From Eledone cirrhosa (taxonomy: Eukaryota), in the NCBI GenBank assembly GCA_964016885.1, contig OZ024741.1:118730001-118794000 (forward strand): a stretch of 64,000 bases of DNA, written 5' to 3'. The notes under the pieces were generated by a model, which saw nothing but the letters and a program-made list of their open reading frames with translations, did no database searches and was not told the DNA's origin. The position numbers were made by a program, and so were the translations under genes. Shown one piece after another: positions 1 to 14,163 of the stretch. Every line of letters starts with the position of its first letter. Position 1 is the first letter of the stretch.

Positions 1-133
1 AATAACTTACCTAGTTATTGAACGCACTGGTGGTAGATATCTTGTCTTTAATGTGTAGAAATATTTGAGACCCGCAGCAGACAACTGATGAGGAAAACTT
101 CTCCCGTTCCTGTTTTCTTCTTATTTTTAAGCC

Positions 134-166
<33 letters not shown>

Positions 167-333
167 GCACACACACACACATACGCGCGCACGCACACAC
201 ACACACACACACGTGTATATATGTATGTGTATATGTGTAGTTGCTTATGTCACGTAAGTTAGCGGTTCAACAAGAGATCGATAAAATAAAGCACCAGTAA
301 AGCACTGGAGTAATTGCTGGCCTTGCGCCAAAA

Positions 334-396
<63 letters not shown>

Positions 397-795
397 GTTC
401 GGTGCTAGCTCTTCCACTTATGGAAGATCCTGGAAAGGCTGGTACCAAACATCGGCATTGAGACTTGTACCAACCACGAACAGAACGCCACAGTGTAATG
501 CCAAAGGTCCCACCCTTCTTGTCAAGAATAAAGACCAGATACTGCAATAACCTGAAATTCAAAGGCTCCCACCTCTTTAATAAGCTGTCAAAAAACTGAG
601 ATATACACTGTGTGCATGTAGAGGTTTTCAAGAATCATTTCGGCAATCTGCATACCTAGATCCTGTATGAACCCACAGCACTAATAAGAGTGGCAGCAAC
701 GAACTCCATCTTACATCAATGGCCAGCCAGGGAAAGTATAGTGTCAATGGCGGTGACCCAGCATGCCCTCAGCCAGTTGGCTGGAACACGTAAAA
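397..795 (+). mobile_element. CR1-like LINE 3' fragment, degenerate
   Basis: Frameshifted translation WKILE-LVPNIGI...RYCNNLKFKGSHLFNKL resembles the C-terminus of a LINE RT ORF. A homologous copy lies at 39895-40460. Confidence 0.6.
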
Positions 796-987
796 GAGTA
801 AAAGAGAATATATATATATTACATAGCATCTACCTCGCACGTCAAACAACCCTAGAAATATACGTATGGTAGGGTCCCACATATGTATACAGTGATACGA
901 AAGCCCTCGATTAACTAGGGTTATCCATGTAAGTAGTGGACAAAAACTCCCTCTACGAATGTTTAGAATCTAAAAAGTCTTTATACG

Positions 988-1125
<138 letters not shown>

Positions 1126-1213
1126 AACATGAATGGACCTGTTATTTTTATCTAAATACTTTTTTCCTATTCCAACCCGCCCGTCCCCTCAATCTATCTT
1201 ATTTCTCATTCTT

Positions 1214-1249
1214 TCTTCTGATCATGGACTAGCGTCCGAAACGTTAAGA
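1214..1249 (+). ncRNA. Minimal type I hammerhead ribozyme fold with G8>C change (probably inactive), in a PLE 3' tail
   Basis: TCTT CTGATCA T GGAC-TAGC-GTCC GAAAC GTT AAGA: helix I TCTT/AAGA, helix II GGAC/GTCC, palindromic helix III ACGT. Confidence 0.65.
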
Positions 1250-1533
1250 CCCTCTTCCTGCTATATTAAGCGTTAACCTAATATATCCCTTCCTATACTG
1301 TACTGAGTGTGTTATTTCTGTTTACCTTTTACACATACACACACATATATATATATATATATATAAATTATTTATCGCTCTACATGGCTGAATACAATAA
1401 ATGTAATCTGAGTTTTTCGAATATTAATAATAATATTCGATTCGTTTGCAATTATGCAAGCAGACTCTTTTTAAGCCATGTCAGTAGAATGACTCCATCA
1501 TTCTTGTTCTTGTGTTGGCATGTAAACCGTATA

Positions 1534-1603
<70 letters not shown>

Positions 1604-1654
1604 TACAAATATTAATAAAATACATGTTTCTGTGATCAATTAAATGTTTAACTC

Positions 1655-2230
<576 letters not shown>

Positions 2231-2721
2231 TACGTGTGTATCTGTTTAAGTGTAGTAACCTCTACCTCCCCTGCAATATTTGTGGTTCCGCCTATGCCAG
2301 TATGTCAGAACTACATAACTCACCCCACTGTTGTACTGTGTTGTGTTGTATATCTTCTCCATCTTATTCTATCAATTTAGAGCTTCGGAAATATCATTAA
2401 CCTTTGAACTAAACGTGAGCTGGAAAGACTGCAAAGTCTGCGGAACTCTGTTATGGAACCTAATCAACGTAAAATCGCAAAATTGTTTCAGAAACCATAG
2501 GAAAAAAAATAGTCAAGTTGAATTTGCAAACTGAGAAAGAACTTGTCACGTGTCATTACATCTATGTCATGTGTCATCATATTCAAGCAATACTTTCAGG
2601 TTCGCTTAGATAGTTCTAAAAGTGCTATCACACACACTCGCAATAAGCAAACTGCAATTCACGAAAGTACTAACACGTATGTGTGTGTATGTATGTATGT
2701 ATGTACGTATGTATGTATGTA

Positions 2722-2797
<76 letters not shown>

Positions 2798-3448
2798 ATG
2801 TATGTATGTGTGTATGTATTATGTATGTATGTATGTATGTATGTATGTATGTATGTATGTATGTATGTATGTGTGTGTGTGTGTGTGTATGTATTATGTA
2901 TGTATGTATGTATGTATGTATGTATCAATGCATGCATTTATATGTAGTACGCAATCTGCAATTCACGAAAGTACTAACATGTATGTTTGTATGTATATAT
3001 ATAGTACGCTATCTGCAATCCACGGAAAGTGCTAACACTCGCCTCCCCTCCCCCCCACACACACACATACACACACACTCACACATACATACATACATAT
3101 ATATATATATATACTCTGCGCAAACAGCAATCCACGCACAAAAACATCCACACACGTTGATTTGATATATGACTCCTCTCTCATTTTCTCTCTCTACCTT
3201 CACGAACACTCTTTCTCTCCCTCTATAACCTTCTCCCCCCCCCCCCCCCGACACACATACTCACTCTCCACACACACATTTGTAACAGTCGGATATTATA
3301 AGATTTCATTCCTGTTTTTGCCTGTCACACATATTCACATATTCTCCTCTATGACGCCATTTTGCATGATAAATGCGATAAACCGTAAATTTGATAATGT
3401 CCCTTCAGTTGTGGCAGTTAGATAGGTTTATATATATGTTTGAAAGTT

Positions 3449-3451
<3 letters not shown>

Positions 3452-3518
<67 letters not shown>

Positions 3519-3829
3519 ACATATATATATGTATATATATGTATATATATATATACATACATATATATATGTGTATATATATATATATATGTATATATGT
3601 ATATATATATATACATACAAATATATATGTGTATATATATATATATATGTATATATGTATATATATATATACATACAAATATATATGTGTATATATATAT
3701 AAATATATATGTATATATGTATATATATATACATACATATATATATGTGTATATATATATAAATATATATGTATATATATACATATATATATACATATAT
3801 ATATATGTATATATATGTATATATATACA

Positions 3830-3879
<50 letters not shown>

Positions 3880-3977
3880 CATACATATATATATGTGTAT
3901 ATATATATAAATATATATGTATATATATACAAATATATATATATAAATATGTATATATATATGTATATATATATATG

Positions 3978-4009
<32 letters not shown>

Positions 4010-4103
4010 AATATATATATATAAATATGTATATATATATGTATATATATATATGTATATATATATATATAAATATGTATATATATATGTATATATATAT
4101 GTG

Positions 4104-4134
<31 letters not shown>

Positions 4135-4173
4135 ATATATATATATATAATATATAATATATATATATAATAT

Positions 4174-4205
<32 letters not shown>

Positions 4206-4215
4206 ATATATATAT
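3452..4215. repeat. (CT)n followed by a long degenerate (TA)n microsatellite
   Basis: Directly visible; explains the YI-repeat ORFs. Confidence 0.95.
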
Positions 4216-4825
4216 TTAAAATCTGTGTGTGTGTATATATAAATATAAAATGAGGGAGAACCAGAAAGGAAAACGAGTGTGAGAGAGAATAAAGTGATAC
4301 GCAAGGTTACAGATATGTGTTAATGCGCATATATATATATATACACACACACATGTGTGTATATATATACACACACACACGTGTGTGCACGCAAATGCGT
4401 TGCGTAGTTTTCATTATATGTCTTCTATTTTGTTAAGTTTGCCTATATGTCTGAAAGTACGTAGCTTTATGTGTCTCTTGTATCTATTATCTAAGATATC
4501 TTAAAATGCATGCATTTGAAATATCTTATATAGTTCATCTAGAGTTTCTACTCATGTGTGAATATATGTATACCTCTCTATTTGCTGGTTACCCTATTTC
4601 TGTTGTGTTATAGAAATATACAAGGAGAAAATAGTGTTTATGCTGAGAGAGCCGCGAGACACAGAAAGAAAAGTGTATTAGAGAGATATGTTTCTTTCTT
4701 TCTTTATTATTTATTTTAGACAGATAGATGCCTGCCACCGGTACTGAATACTTTATACCGCTCATGTATGTATATATGTTACAACTCTAATGTATGTATA
4801 TATGTTAGTTGGTATTTAGTTACGT

Positions 4826-5112
4826 GAAGGCACGTGACTTAGTGGTTACGGTATTCGGTTTAGGTCGTGAGTTTGAATACCAGTGGCACGTTGGGTCTTT
4901 GAGTAAGAAAATTCATTTCCTGTTGCTCCTGTCGTTTCAGCTAGAAAAATCAAGTAGTATCAGTAATTAAAAGAACCAGCTTAGTCACACACTGTCAAAT
5001 CAAATCCCACTGAAAACTACGTTAATGATACACATGTCTGTAGAATGTTCATTCATGTAAATTTCATGAACAGGTTCTTTCCTTTGCTCATCATCGGAAC
5101 CGTCGGAAGCCC
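4826..5112 (+). mobile_element. tRNA-derived SINE (family B)
   Basis: A-box-like GACTTAGTGG and a B-box-like segment. The body is shared with 12772-13098, 19480-19805 and minus-strand copies near 25340-25675, 29430-30110, 36420-36720, 44400-44580 and 55600-55830. Confidence 0.7.
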
Positions 5113-5361
5113 AACATTATTTAATTACAGCTCTTCACTTTCTTAGTCAAAATCCCGCCTAGGTCAACTTATTTTTTATTGTTGCTCTTGTTGTTGCTGT
5201 TGCTGTCATTTGGTTTTTGTATCAGTTTTTATTGACCAGAAATAAAGAATTCTTTATTCCAGAAGTAGAAAATCAGTCACTACACCCCCCCCCCCCCACA
5301 CACACTATATATATATATATATATATATATAAATACAGATTCTCTTTCTATTAGTGTCTGT

Positions 5362-5398
<37 letters not shown>

Positions 5399-5428
5399 CA
5401 TCATCATTTAACGCCCGCTTTCCCTGCT

Positions 5429-5504
<76 letters not shown>

Positions 5505-5537
5505 GAAAGTGAGAGTCACCATACAAAAACACACATT

Positions 5538-5588
<51 letters not shown>

Positions 5589-5779
5589 TGACTTAAGAAG
5601 CATTGGGAACATTTAAAATCTTGTCGTCCCAACGCAAATAAATATAACAATAGTCGATCACTCTAAATGAGTACAAGAGTACTTTACCCGATTTTCCCAA
5701 CTATTATTGAGTGATCGACTGTTACTATGGTTATCTGCATTGGGAGGACGACGTTTCAAATTATATATATATATATATA

Positions 5780-6590
5780 TTCTGCCAGTCACTCTCTCTC
5801 AGCTGGCCTCTCCCTCACACTTTCACTCACTCACTCTCTGCTTCTCCCCTCTCTCACTTCCTCCGGTTTGACCTGTGTGAAATCCTTTTCTCGCTCACAT
5901 CTCGCCCAGGTCGGATGGTCTTTACCTCTCGTCTATGATTTCACCGAGTTTAAGAGGTATATGATCTTTAAAGCGAAAAAATACCAATGAAGGTTGGAAG
6001 ATCACTGATGAAGGACTAATTTTATTCCTATGTAACCCATGTGCAACCACGCAGCACGCCATTTTTCATATATTTATATTTTTTCCTCTGCTGCGGCCTG
6101 TCTGTTTCTTTCTTACTGCTTCCCCTTTCTCTGTATCTCTCACCTTCTTTTTACCCCCTCTGCTAGTCACTCTCTCTCAGCTGGCCTCTTCCTCACACTT
6201 TCACTCATTCACTCTCTGCTTCTCCCCCTCTCTCACTTCCTCCCGTTTGACCTGTGTGAAATCTTTTCTCGCTCACTTCTCGCCCAGGTCGGATGGTCTT
6301 TACCTCTCGTCTATGATTTCACCGAGCTTAAGTTTATAGATATCACAGACTTGTCTGTTCTCTTCCTCTCTTTCCGTTGCATTACCATCTATGTTTGTTT
6401 ACATGTCTCACTCGCTTCACCCTATTTTACGTGTCACAATAACTTTCTTTAGTTATTGCTCGCACCAACCACAGGTATATGATCTTTAAAGCGAAGAAAT
6501 ACCAATGAAGGTTGGAAGATCACTGATGAAGGACTAATTTTATTCATATGTAACCCATGTGCAACCACGCAGCCTGCCATTTTTCATATA
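5780..6590 (+). mobile_element. TA-flanked element with partial tandem direct repeats (pLTR-like)
   Basis: 5780-5952 is similar to 6158-6331 and 5955-6070 is similar to 6472-6590. (TA)n lies on both sides. CTGATGA plus a hairpin occurs at about 6005 and 6522. Confidence 0.55.
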
Positions 6591-6611
6591 TATATATATA
6601 TATATATATAA

Positions 6612-7163
6612 AAGAAATAGGATTTCGCTTCAAGCATAGCTTTTTACAATTTGTATAAATATTTCGTATCTCCAAAGAAATACGGTTTTAGGAAGCCGTA
6701 GCTATGCAAACACCGGGGGGGGGGGGGGGGGGGGCTAGCGCCCTCTGGTGATGTCCAGCAGAAGCAAGGGGGACAACCGGCTATGCATTTCAGGCTTAAC
6801 TGGCCATCGTCAGGACGATCCCTCCCACCTCTTGCGACTGCTGGACTAGATGACAGGCGAGAATATATAGTTTTTTCTCGTCTGTGTTTCATTTGCATGA
6901 AGCTGCATAAGTTGGCTCAACTTATAATAAAACCGTATTTCTTTGGAGATACGAAATATTTAAACAAATTGTATAAAGCTATGCTTGAAGCGAAATCCTA
7001 TTTCATTTTTATTATAAGTTGAGCCAACTTATGCAGCTTCATATGCAAATGAGATTAATCACCTCATTTACACAGACGAGAAAACTATATATTCTCGCCT
7101 GTCTTCTAGTCCAGCAGTCGCAACGGTGGGAGGGACCGTACTGACGATGGCCAGTTAAGCCTG

Positions 7164-7168
<5 letters not shown>
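6612..7168. mobile_element. Doubly inverted PLE remnant between (TA)n tracts
   Basis: 6612-6690 is inverted against 6928-7004, and 6787-6930 against 7010-7166. Each long arm carries an HHR-like motif. Confidence 0.7.
6776..6820 (-). ncRNA. Hammerhead-like motif with degenerate helix I; inverted copy at 7135-7170 (+)
   Basis: CTGACGA T GGC-CAGTTAA-GCC T GAAAT GC ATA, with palindromic helix III ATGCAT. Confidence 0.5.
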
Positions 7169-7221
<53 letters not shown>

Positions 7222-7248
7222 CAGCATTGTTAACATATATATATATAA

Positions 7249-7282
<34 letters not shown>

Positions 7283-7461
7283 GTATAACAGCATCGTTAA
7301 CATATATATATATATACACAATGATATTAAATAAATGGAAACTATATATCCATTTATTTAATATCATTGTATATTATGCTCCAGAAAATTTGTAGAGTGC
7401 TCTGAATCAGTTATAAACATTTATATTTGTTGAATTACTAACAAATTGAATATCCCTTCTG

Positions 7462-7570
<109 letters not shown>

Positions 7571-8056
7571 AGCTGTTTCTTCATCAGCGTTCCTGAGTTG
7601 ATTTATTTTTCTCTTTAGATATCTAAACATAGTGATTGTTTTTCTGCATTCTGGCACTATGTTTGTACGCGTGTGTTTGTCCATGTGTCTGTCTGTGTCT
7701 GTCCCTGTGTACGCGCGTGTGTGTGTGAGTTTATGCGTGCTTGCTTCTTGAATATACAGTACATATAGTTGAGGGCCAACTAATCAAGACGTGTGATAAA
7801 ATCTTATCTCTCTCGCTCCCTTCACACATTCACTCACACGCGCATTCACACATACATGCACAATCTTTCTCACACTCACACATCCACACACTCATTCATA
7901 CACACAGTTACACACACTGTCGCACTGTACCAAATAGTTTGGAATGCTCAAATGGTAAACTTAAAGGAATATCTGAAAAACAAAAAGCAAAACAACATTT
8001 TTATCATGCACCTATTTTTGTTTTATTTATTTATTCTCCTCTTTCCATGCCCCCCC

Positions 8057-8109
<53 letters not shown>

Positions 8110-8114
<5 letters not shown>

Positions 8115-8206
8115 GATTTCCCCACAAAATGTATACACACTTTAATGACATGTACGGGCAATATCTATTAAATTACTGTTGAAGTGTATAGACGTTTTTT
8201 GGGGAC
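8110..8206. mobile_element. Tc1/mariner-type MITE, degenerate
   Basis: TA-CAGG start and imperfect TIRs (CCCACAAAATGTATACAC / GTGTATAGACGTTTTTTGGG). Related copies at 50054-50144 and about 32858-32948. Confidence 0.55.
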
Positions 8207-8207
8207 G

Positions 8208-8306
<99 letters not shown>

Positions 8307-8450
8307 TACACGCCAGTCAATTTTGCATTATATGCAAATGAGCATCGAGAAAATTAAAATTATGTTGTCAACGACGACGGATAGGAGCTGGCTGAGCCCA
8401 AAGCAGTGTAGGTTGGTAGATTGAACACGTTCTAGATTGAACCCGAGAAA

Positions 8451-8735
8451 TTGGTTGACGCGTGTTCCCTCAGCAACTGTCCGATGCGCCAAACGAACTG
8501 TTTCTTACGCACGTACATCGTATACAAGGTAGAATGTGACAAGTGTAATGACTTCTACACCGGTAGCACCATCCGGCCACTAGATGTCCGGATCAAGGAG
8601 CACATCAACACCAGGGCCTCGTCTTTCCGGAACGCAACGTCGGCACTTTAAGAATCAAGGAAGCACTTTGGATCAAACGCCTCGGACCACAAATAAATAA
8701 CCGATCCGAGAGAAGTGAGACGAGATGGCTGGTGT
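8451..8735 (+). pseudogene. Penelope-like element GIY-YIG endonuclease fragment, internally deleted/frameshifted
   Basis: CSLSNCPMRQTNC...IVYKVECDKCNDFYTGSTIRPLDVRIKEH, then in another frame RIKEALWIKRLGPQINNR. These are GIY-YIG motifs with a Cys-rich linker and the conserved R, E and N residues. Confidence 0.85.
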
Positions 8736-9094
8736 AAACAAATGAAACAACAACAACACACACACATACAGTAGCAATCGAGCGATTTTTATTGTGTATA
8801 TATCGTGTCCACCATCCCACCGACCGACAAACAACAATCAGGCAGGCTACCAATACCAACACCACACCTGCCAGTATCAAAGACTCAATATAAGAAATTG
8901 ACAACGAAGATGCGTACGCACTGACACATCACCATCCCACTACTCTAGTATAGACGAACTGCCTCGACCTTTGTCTGACCGCAGCTATTCCGCGCGCACG
9001 CGTGCCCTACAGAGTAGTTCAGTTGTACACACACGATATACAACAGAGGCCACGTGTTATCCCTCTCTGACAAAAGTCTTCCCTCCTCGGAAAA

Positions 9095-9131
9095 CCCCCA
9101 GTTGATGGATGCGAAATCCGAAATATAGGGA
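9095..9131 (+). ncRNA. Variant minimal hammerhead, core CAGUUGA
   Basis: CCC CAGTTGA T GGAT-GCGAA-ATCC GAAAT ATA GGG. Confidence 0.55.
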
Positions 9132-9308
9132 CAATTAAATCACTTCCAATGTAACTCTATCTCGTGTTATTATTTTTACACTCTTTCCTACATTCCTCTA
9201 CACCCTATACGTCTCATTCTACATTTCCTCTTACATCTCTCTCATTACCACCTGATTCTGTTACCCAGAGATTTACCCATCTGCATTGTTGAGGCTTCCA
9301 AAACGACC

Positions 9309-9371
<63 letters not shown>

Positions 9372-9372
<1 letters not shown>

Positions 9373-9561
9373 ACGAAGGCGTTGTGGTAAAGAACCAGAT
9401 GGACCATAACGCACCAGAGTACTCAATACTTAGGGTAGTAGAGTGGGTAATAGGAGAAAGTATGACCCCGACGACAGAGCTCAAGCCGTTTCGACGGCTA
9501 TTTCAGTCTAGAAATAGCCGTCGAAACGGCTTGAGCTCTGCCGTCGGGGTCATACTTTCTC

Positions 9562-9563
<2 letters not shown>
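9372..9563 (-). mobile_element. Snap-back mini-element: hairpin made of the HHR 3' half plus an approximately 80-nt conserved tail, in (TA)n
   Basis: Near-perfect palindrome at 9451-9563. Each arm reads GTC GAA ACGGC-TTGAGCTCT-GCCGT C GGGGTC. The tail is shared with 57602-57856 and 62275-62742. Confidence 0.7.
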
Positions 9564-9620
<57 letters not shown>

Positions 9621-9768
9621 ATGCTTTGGGAGGGTCATGTTGCCAATAAGAAACACACGTACCAGTTGCTTTCACTTCAATTTATTATAAATTAAATTTA
9701 TAAATTTAGGAGTTTATAAATTTCCGGTTGGTTGGTTGGTTCCACAACCAGACGATTGTTCATATATT

Positions 9769-9810
9769 GTCAAAGTTCTTTCGTCACAAATTCTGTGACC
9801 TCTTCAGTGA
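9769..9810 (-). ncRNA. Minimal type I hammerhead ribozyme (inverted copy)
   Basis: Reverse complement reads TCA CTGAAGA G GTCACA-GAATT-TGTGAC GAAAG AA CTT TGAC. Confidence 0.75.
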
Positions 9811-9880
9811 ACACACACAAAAACAAGATGGCGTAGGACAGAACAAAGGAGAGGCACAAAAGCAAAGAAAAGAATCCCCA

Positions 9881-9923
9881 GTCACTGAAGAGGTCACAGA
9901 ATGTGTGACGAAAGAACTTTGAC
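9881..9923 (+). ncRNA. Minimal type I hammerhead ribozyme, canonical core
   Basis: GTCA CTGAAGA G GTCACA-GAATG-TGTGAC GAAAG AA CTT TGAC. Confidence 0.8.
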
Positions 9924-10132
9924 AATATTTGAATAATCGTCTGGTTGTGGAACCAACCAACCAACCGGAAATTTATAAACTCCTAAATTTATAAATTTAA
10001 TTTATAATAAATTGAATGAAAGCAACTGGTGCGTGTGTTTCTTATTGGCAACATGACCCTCCCAAAGCATAACAATATCGGTTTCAACACACGTTTTCAG
10101 ATAAAGAATCATGCTAAACAAATTCAGAAACG

Positions 10133-10212
<80 letters not shown>

Positions 10213-10216
<4 letters not shown>

Positions 10217-10368
10217 TCTTGAAGAAATAGGGAACTGTGTGGTTACTGGATAAAGTGTATTTAAAAATAAGAGGAAAGCACAAATGGGGGACATTCCCAT
10301 CATCAGTCGTCTGCTGGATATCACTGATGATGGGAATGTGCCCGTTTGTGCTTTCCTCTTATTTTTGA

Positions 10369-10372
<4 letters not shown>
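10213..10372. mobile_element. Short fold-back element in (TA)n with CTGATGA plus hairpin on both arms
   Basis: 10257-10307 is inverted against 10323-10372. Related to 60-131 (CAGCAGAC-R-ACTGATGA...CTTATTTTT). Confidence 0.55.
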
Positions 10373-10459
<87 letters not shown>

Positions 10460-10821
10460 CGCAAGAGGCATTTGAGAGAAAGAACAAAGCTGAGAGCGAA
10501 AATTAAATCCTCTGCAGATAATTTAATAATACTGGATAGACACGCGAGGAAGATTTCATTGACTGCGAAACGCTAATTTGTTCATTCTGAATTTCTAAAT
10601 TGTTTCGTTGTTGAAGCCATCAGTCTTCAATAGAAATATTGTTAACTTTACAACGATCAAACTAAATAACTAGCGTACACTATGAGATAGCTTGTAATCT
10701 ATCACTGTCAAACCTATTGTTATATACTTGTGTATTTATTTGTTTTGTGAGTTAGTTAGATTGTTAGTTATTCAGATTAGTTGCTTTGTTGTCCAGTTGG
10801 GAAGACAGTAGACTTCAAATG

Positions 10822-10877
<56 letters not shown>

Positions 10878-10931
10878 TTATAAATGTTATACGCACACAC
10901 TCATACATATATATTAAACACATATATTTAC

Positions 10932-10993
<62 letters not shown>

Positions 10994-11030
10994 CACACTC
11001 ACAGTTATATATATATATATATATATATTA

Positions 11031-12177
11031 CTAGCATTAAAGCCCGGCGTTTCTCGGGGTCATTAAGTTACCAAAGTTAGGTTGCACCACCCATTTTATG
11101 GCAGCACTTTTTTGTCTGCCAGGAACTGGGGGAATGAATTGCAGACCTGGAAGCAGGAGCTGCGCCAGCAGTGACAATTGTAGTTTCGCCTATGGATATT
11201 ATCTCTGTGCAAAAAGTGTTGAAATTTATTGTTTCACAGTACTTGCGCAACACGCGCGTAGACGATGCCAGCCGAACAACAGAGCTGCGATGGAGTTGTT
11301 CTGCATGGTTGTCTATGTGTTTTCTAAATTTAAGACAGTAGGGAGGGTTGTGATATGAGGGAGAGTTAGCTGTTGTTTCTAGCAGGTTTAGTGACCTCAT
11401 AGAGGATATGTGTTTTCTAAATTAAAGACAGTAGGGAGTGGTGTGATATGGGGGAGAGTTAGCTGCTGTTTCTAGCAGGTTTAGTAACCTCATAGAGGAT
11501 ATGTGTTTTCTGAATTTAAGACAGTATGGAGTGGTGTGATATGGGAGAGAGTTAACTGCCCGTTTCTAGCAGGTTTAGTGACCTCATAGAAGATATGTTT
11601 TCTAAATTTAAGACATTAGGGAGGGGTGTGGTATGGGGGAGAGTTAGCTGCTGTTTCTAGCAGGTTTAGTGACTTCATAGAGGATATTATTGTTTATCAT
11701 TATCTATACAAGGCAGATTGTTGTTGCTGTTGTTGAAGTGAGTGTGTGTTTGTATGCGTTTGGAAAAGAGGTTTTAAAAAAGATTTATCGCTTGTTGTTG
11801 AATAAATGTATCTGTATAAAAGAGAAAGTAGCAAAATGTGTGGGTTGTAGTTAGAGGTAAGCAGATGATATGAGAGAGTAAAACGGACAGTATCACCATC
11901 AAGCTTGGAAAGAGAAAGTAGCAGAAAGTATGAAGTTGTATAGATTTTGAATGGTAGTGGAAAGAGTTTAGCAGTTTAAATGACAGAGAAAAATCGTAAA
12001 ATATTGAGTTTTATCTATTTTTTGCGTAATTGTGGGTGAAATTGAAAAAATGATCTGTGCCAAGACGCAATCGAAGCTATTTCGAATACTGAATTGTAAA
12101 TTTCAATTGAAGAAATTCTACATCGTAGATTTCTATAAGAAAGGAGCATGACCACACACTGAGCTTTATAGATTATG

Positions 12178-12178
<1 letters not shown>
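11031..12178 (-). mobile_element. Non-autonomous Helitron
   Basis: On the minus strand it starts A|TC ATAATCTATAAAGCT and ends with hairpin CCCGAGAAACGCCGGG, then 9 nt, then CTAG|T. It carries an internal minisatellite. Confidence 0.75.
11314..11687. repeat. Approximately 93-bp tandem repeat, 4 copies, inside the Helitron
   Basis: Unit ATGTGTTTTCTAAATTTAAGACAGTAGGGAG...GACCTCATAGAGGAT. Confidence 0.9.
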
Positions 12179-12250
<72 letters not shown>

Positions 12251-12771
12251 AACACACGCAGGTATGTCAATTAGAAAGTGAACTCATCAAAATTTAAATA
12301 GGGGTTAAGAAGTTTGAATGGCAGCTACGTTGTTTCTCGTTCGATCTCACTACAATGCCCTTTCATTTAGTGTTCCTTATCTTAGCCACAGTTCAACCCC
12401 ACTACATTACCCTTTCGTTAATTGTCCCATACATTAACCTCAGATGAACCTCACCACACTGCCTTTTTGTTCTCCCCTACCTTAACCTTAGATCGACCCC
12501 ACTACATTACCTTTCATTGTCCCCTACCTTAGCTACATATCGACCACGTCATACTGCCCTTTCGTTAATTGTCCTCTAAGGTCAATCAATAGGTGTGGCT
12601 TTAACCCTACGATGGACTGGCGTCCTTTCCAGAGGGAAATATTGTACTCTTAGTCGCTTCACATCACGGAAACCAGTATAAGCACCGGCCGGATGAGCCT
12701 CCAGGCTCGACTCAGCCATTAGACTGCCTTCTCTAATCACATACGTACCAATATAGGTATGTGTAGGTAGC

Positions 12772-13098
12772 GGAGGCACCTGGCTTAGTGATTAAGGTGT
12801 TCAGCTTACGATCGTAAGTTCATCTGTGCAATTTCTTGCAGAGCGTTGTGTTCTTGAGCAAGATATTTTATATCATATAGTTTCAGTCCATACGGCTAGC
12901 AACATTGAATTGCACTTGTAATTGAAAGAATTAGCCTTGTCACACACTGTGTCACGTTGAATCTCCCCGAGAATTACGTTAAGAGAACTTGTGTCTTTGG
13001 AATACTCAGCCACTTACACGTTAATTTTGTGAGCAGGTAGTTTCGTTGCTGCAACAACTGGTACACTCGTCGTCGGAACCGATGGAGCTCCAACAACA
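12772..13098 (+). mobile_element. tRNA-derived SINE (family B), near full length
   Basis: GGAGGCACCTGGCTTAGTG head, CTTGAGCAAG central motif and (CAA)n tail. Confidence 0.75.
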
Positions 13099-13989
13099 AT
13101 ATAGATGTAGGTATCTATAAGTTTATTTATATCAATAGTTAACATACTCAATGCAGAGAGCATATGTTAACACAGTTGACATATGTTGTGTATGTTAAAA
13201 CAGTTGACATATGTTAAAATAGAGCAGCGGTTCCCAGTCTGGGGTCCGCCCACAAAAGTAATACTAGGGGTCCATCAGCTAAGTTCAAAATTTCAAGTAC
13301 TTTGTTAAAAAACATAATATACACACGTTATTGGGTAGCCTCTTCCCTAAGTATAAACATTTCTCTCTTTCGGCTGATATTGAAGCTGTATAGCAATCTA
13401 GGAGGGAAGTAACTGCCACTCCTCTCTCATGCTAAACTATTTTTCATTTTGTTTTTAAAAAAAATTACTCAGCCTTTTGTTCGAAACATCGGTCATTACA
13501 ATTGAGGCGGCGAACTGGCAGAGTCTTTAGAAAGTCGGACAAAATACTTTGACACACTATTTCTGGCTCTATACTCTCTGAGTTCAAAACCCACCGAGAT
13601 TAATTTTAATTTTCATCCTTTCGTACGGGATAAACATGTACCAGTCAAATACTGAGATCGATTCATCCTCTATATCTCTTTTGCACCCCCCCCCCTCTTT
13701 CCACTTCTCTGGAAGAAATCGATTGTGTTCAGACCGGAAGAGAAGATGAGCTTCACCAGGGTTTTAAAATGCCCACGACACGCTGTATATCACAACGGCC
13801 CCACTATGACTCCAGGAATTACGGGTTCTTACACAACTGCAATAATTACAAACTCAAAGTTTTCAATCATAATATATAAGGATTGCCTGAAAGTCAGTCC
13901 CAATGTACTTTAATAAGGTATTCAATAGGATTATTATCACCTTTAATGCATCCATTTCACTTATTTCTTTCTTGATTTTTTTGCGTCTC

Positions 13990-14163
13990 CTAGCTTCACT
14001 TTCGCTATACTCTAGCATAGCTTCGCCTCAGTCGCACTCCAGCATAGCCTCCCTTGAGTCACACTCAAGCGTAGCTTCGCCTCAGTCGTACTCCAGCATA
14101 GTTTCACCTGAGTCACACTCAAACATAGCTTCGCCTGAGTGGTACTCCAGCATAGCTTCGCTT
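13990..14163. repeat. 30-bp minisatellite, about 6 copies
   Basis: Unit approximately TAGCTTCGCCTCAGTCGTACTCCAGCA plus short spacer variation. Confidence 0.8.

Larger units (their letters stand above)
8380..9312 (+). mobile_element. 5'-truncated Penelope-like retroelement (EN fragment, 3' UTR, HHR, tail into (TA)n)
   Basis: GIY-YIG fragment, HHR fold at 9095-9131, and a pyrimidine-rich tail homologous to 62828-62980 on the minus strand. Confidence 0.8.
9617..10135. mobile_element. Fold-back PLE remnant with a hammerhead on each arm, in (TA)n
   Basis: 9617-9810 is inverted against 9882-10072. The same family occurs as a single minus-strand copy at 63152-63485. Confidence 0.8.

Noticed and set aside
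13990-14163. CRISPR-like periodic repeats (also 11314-11687, 32280-32400 and 55890-56410)
   Set aside because: Head-to-tail minisatellites without unique spacers, in a eukaryotic context with no cas genes.
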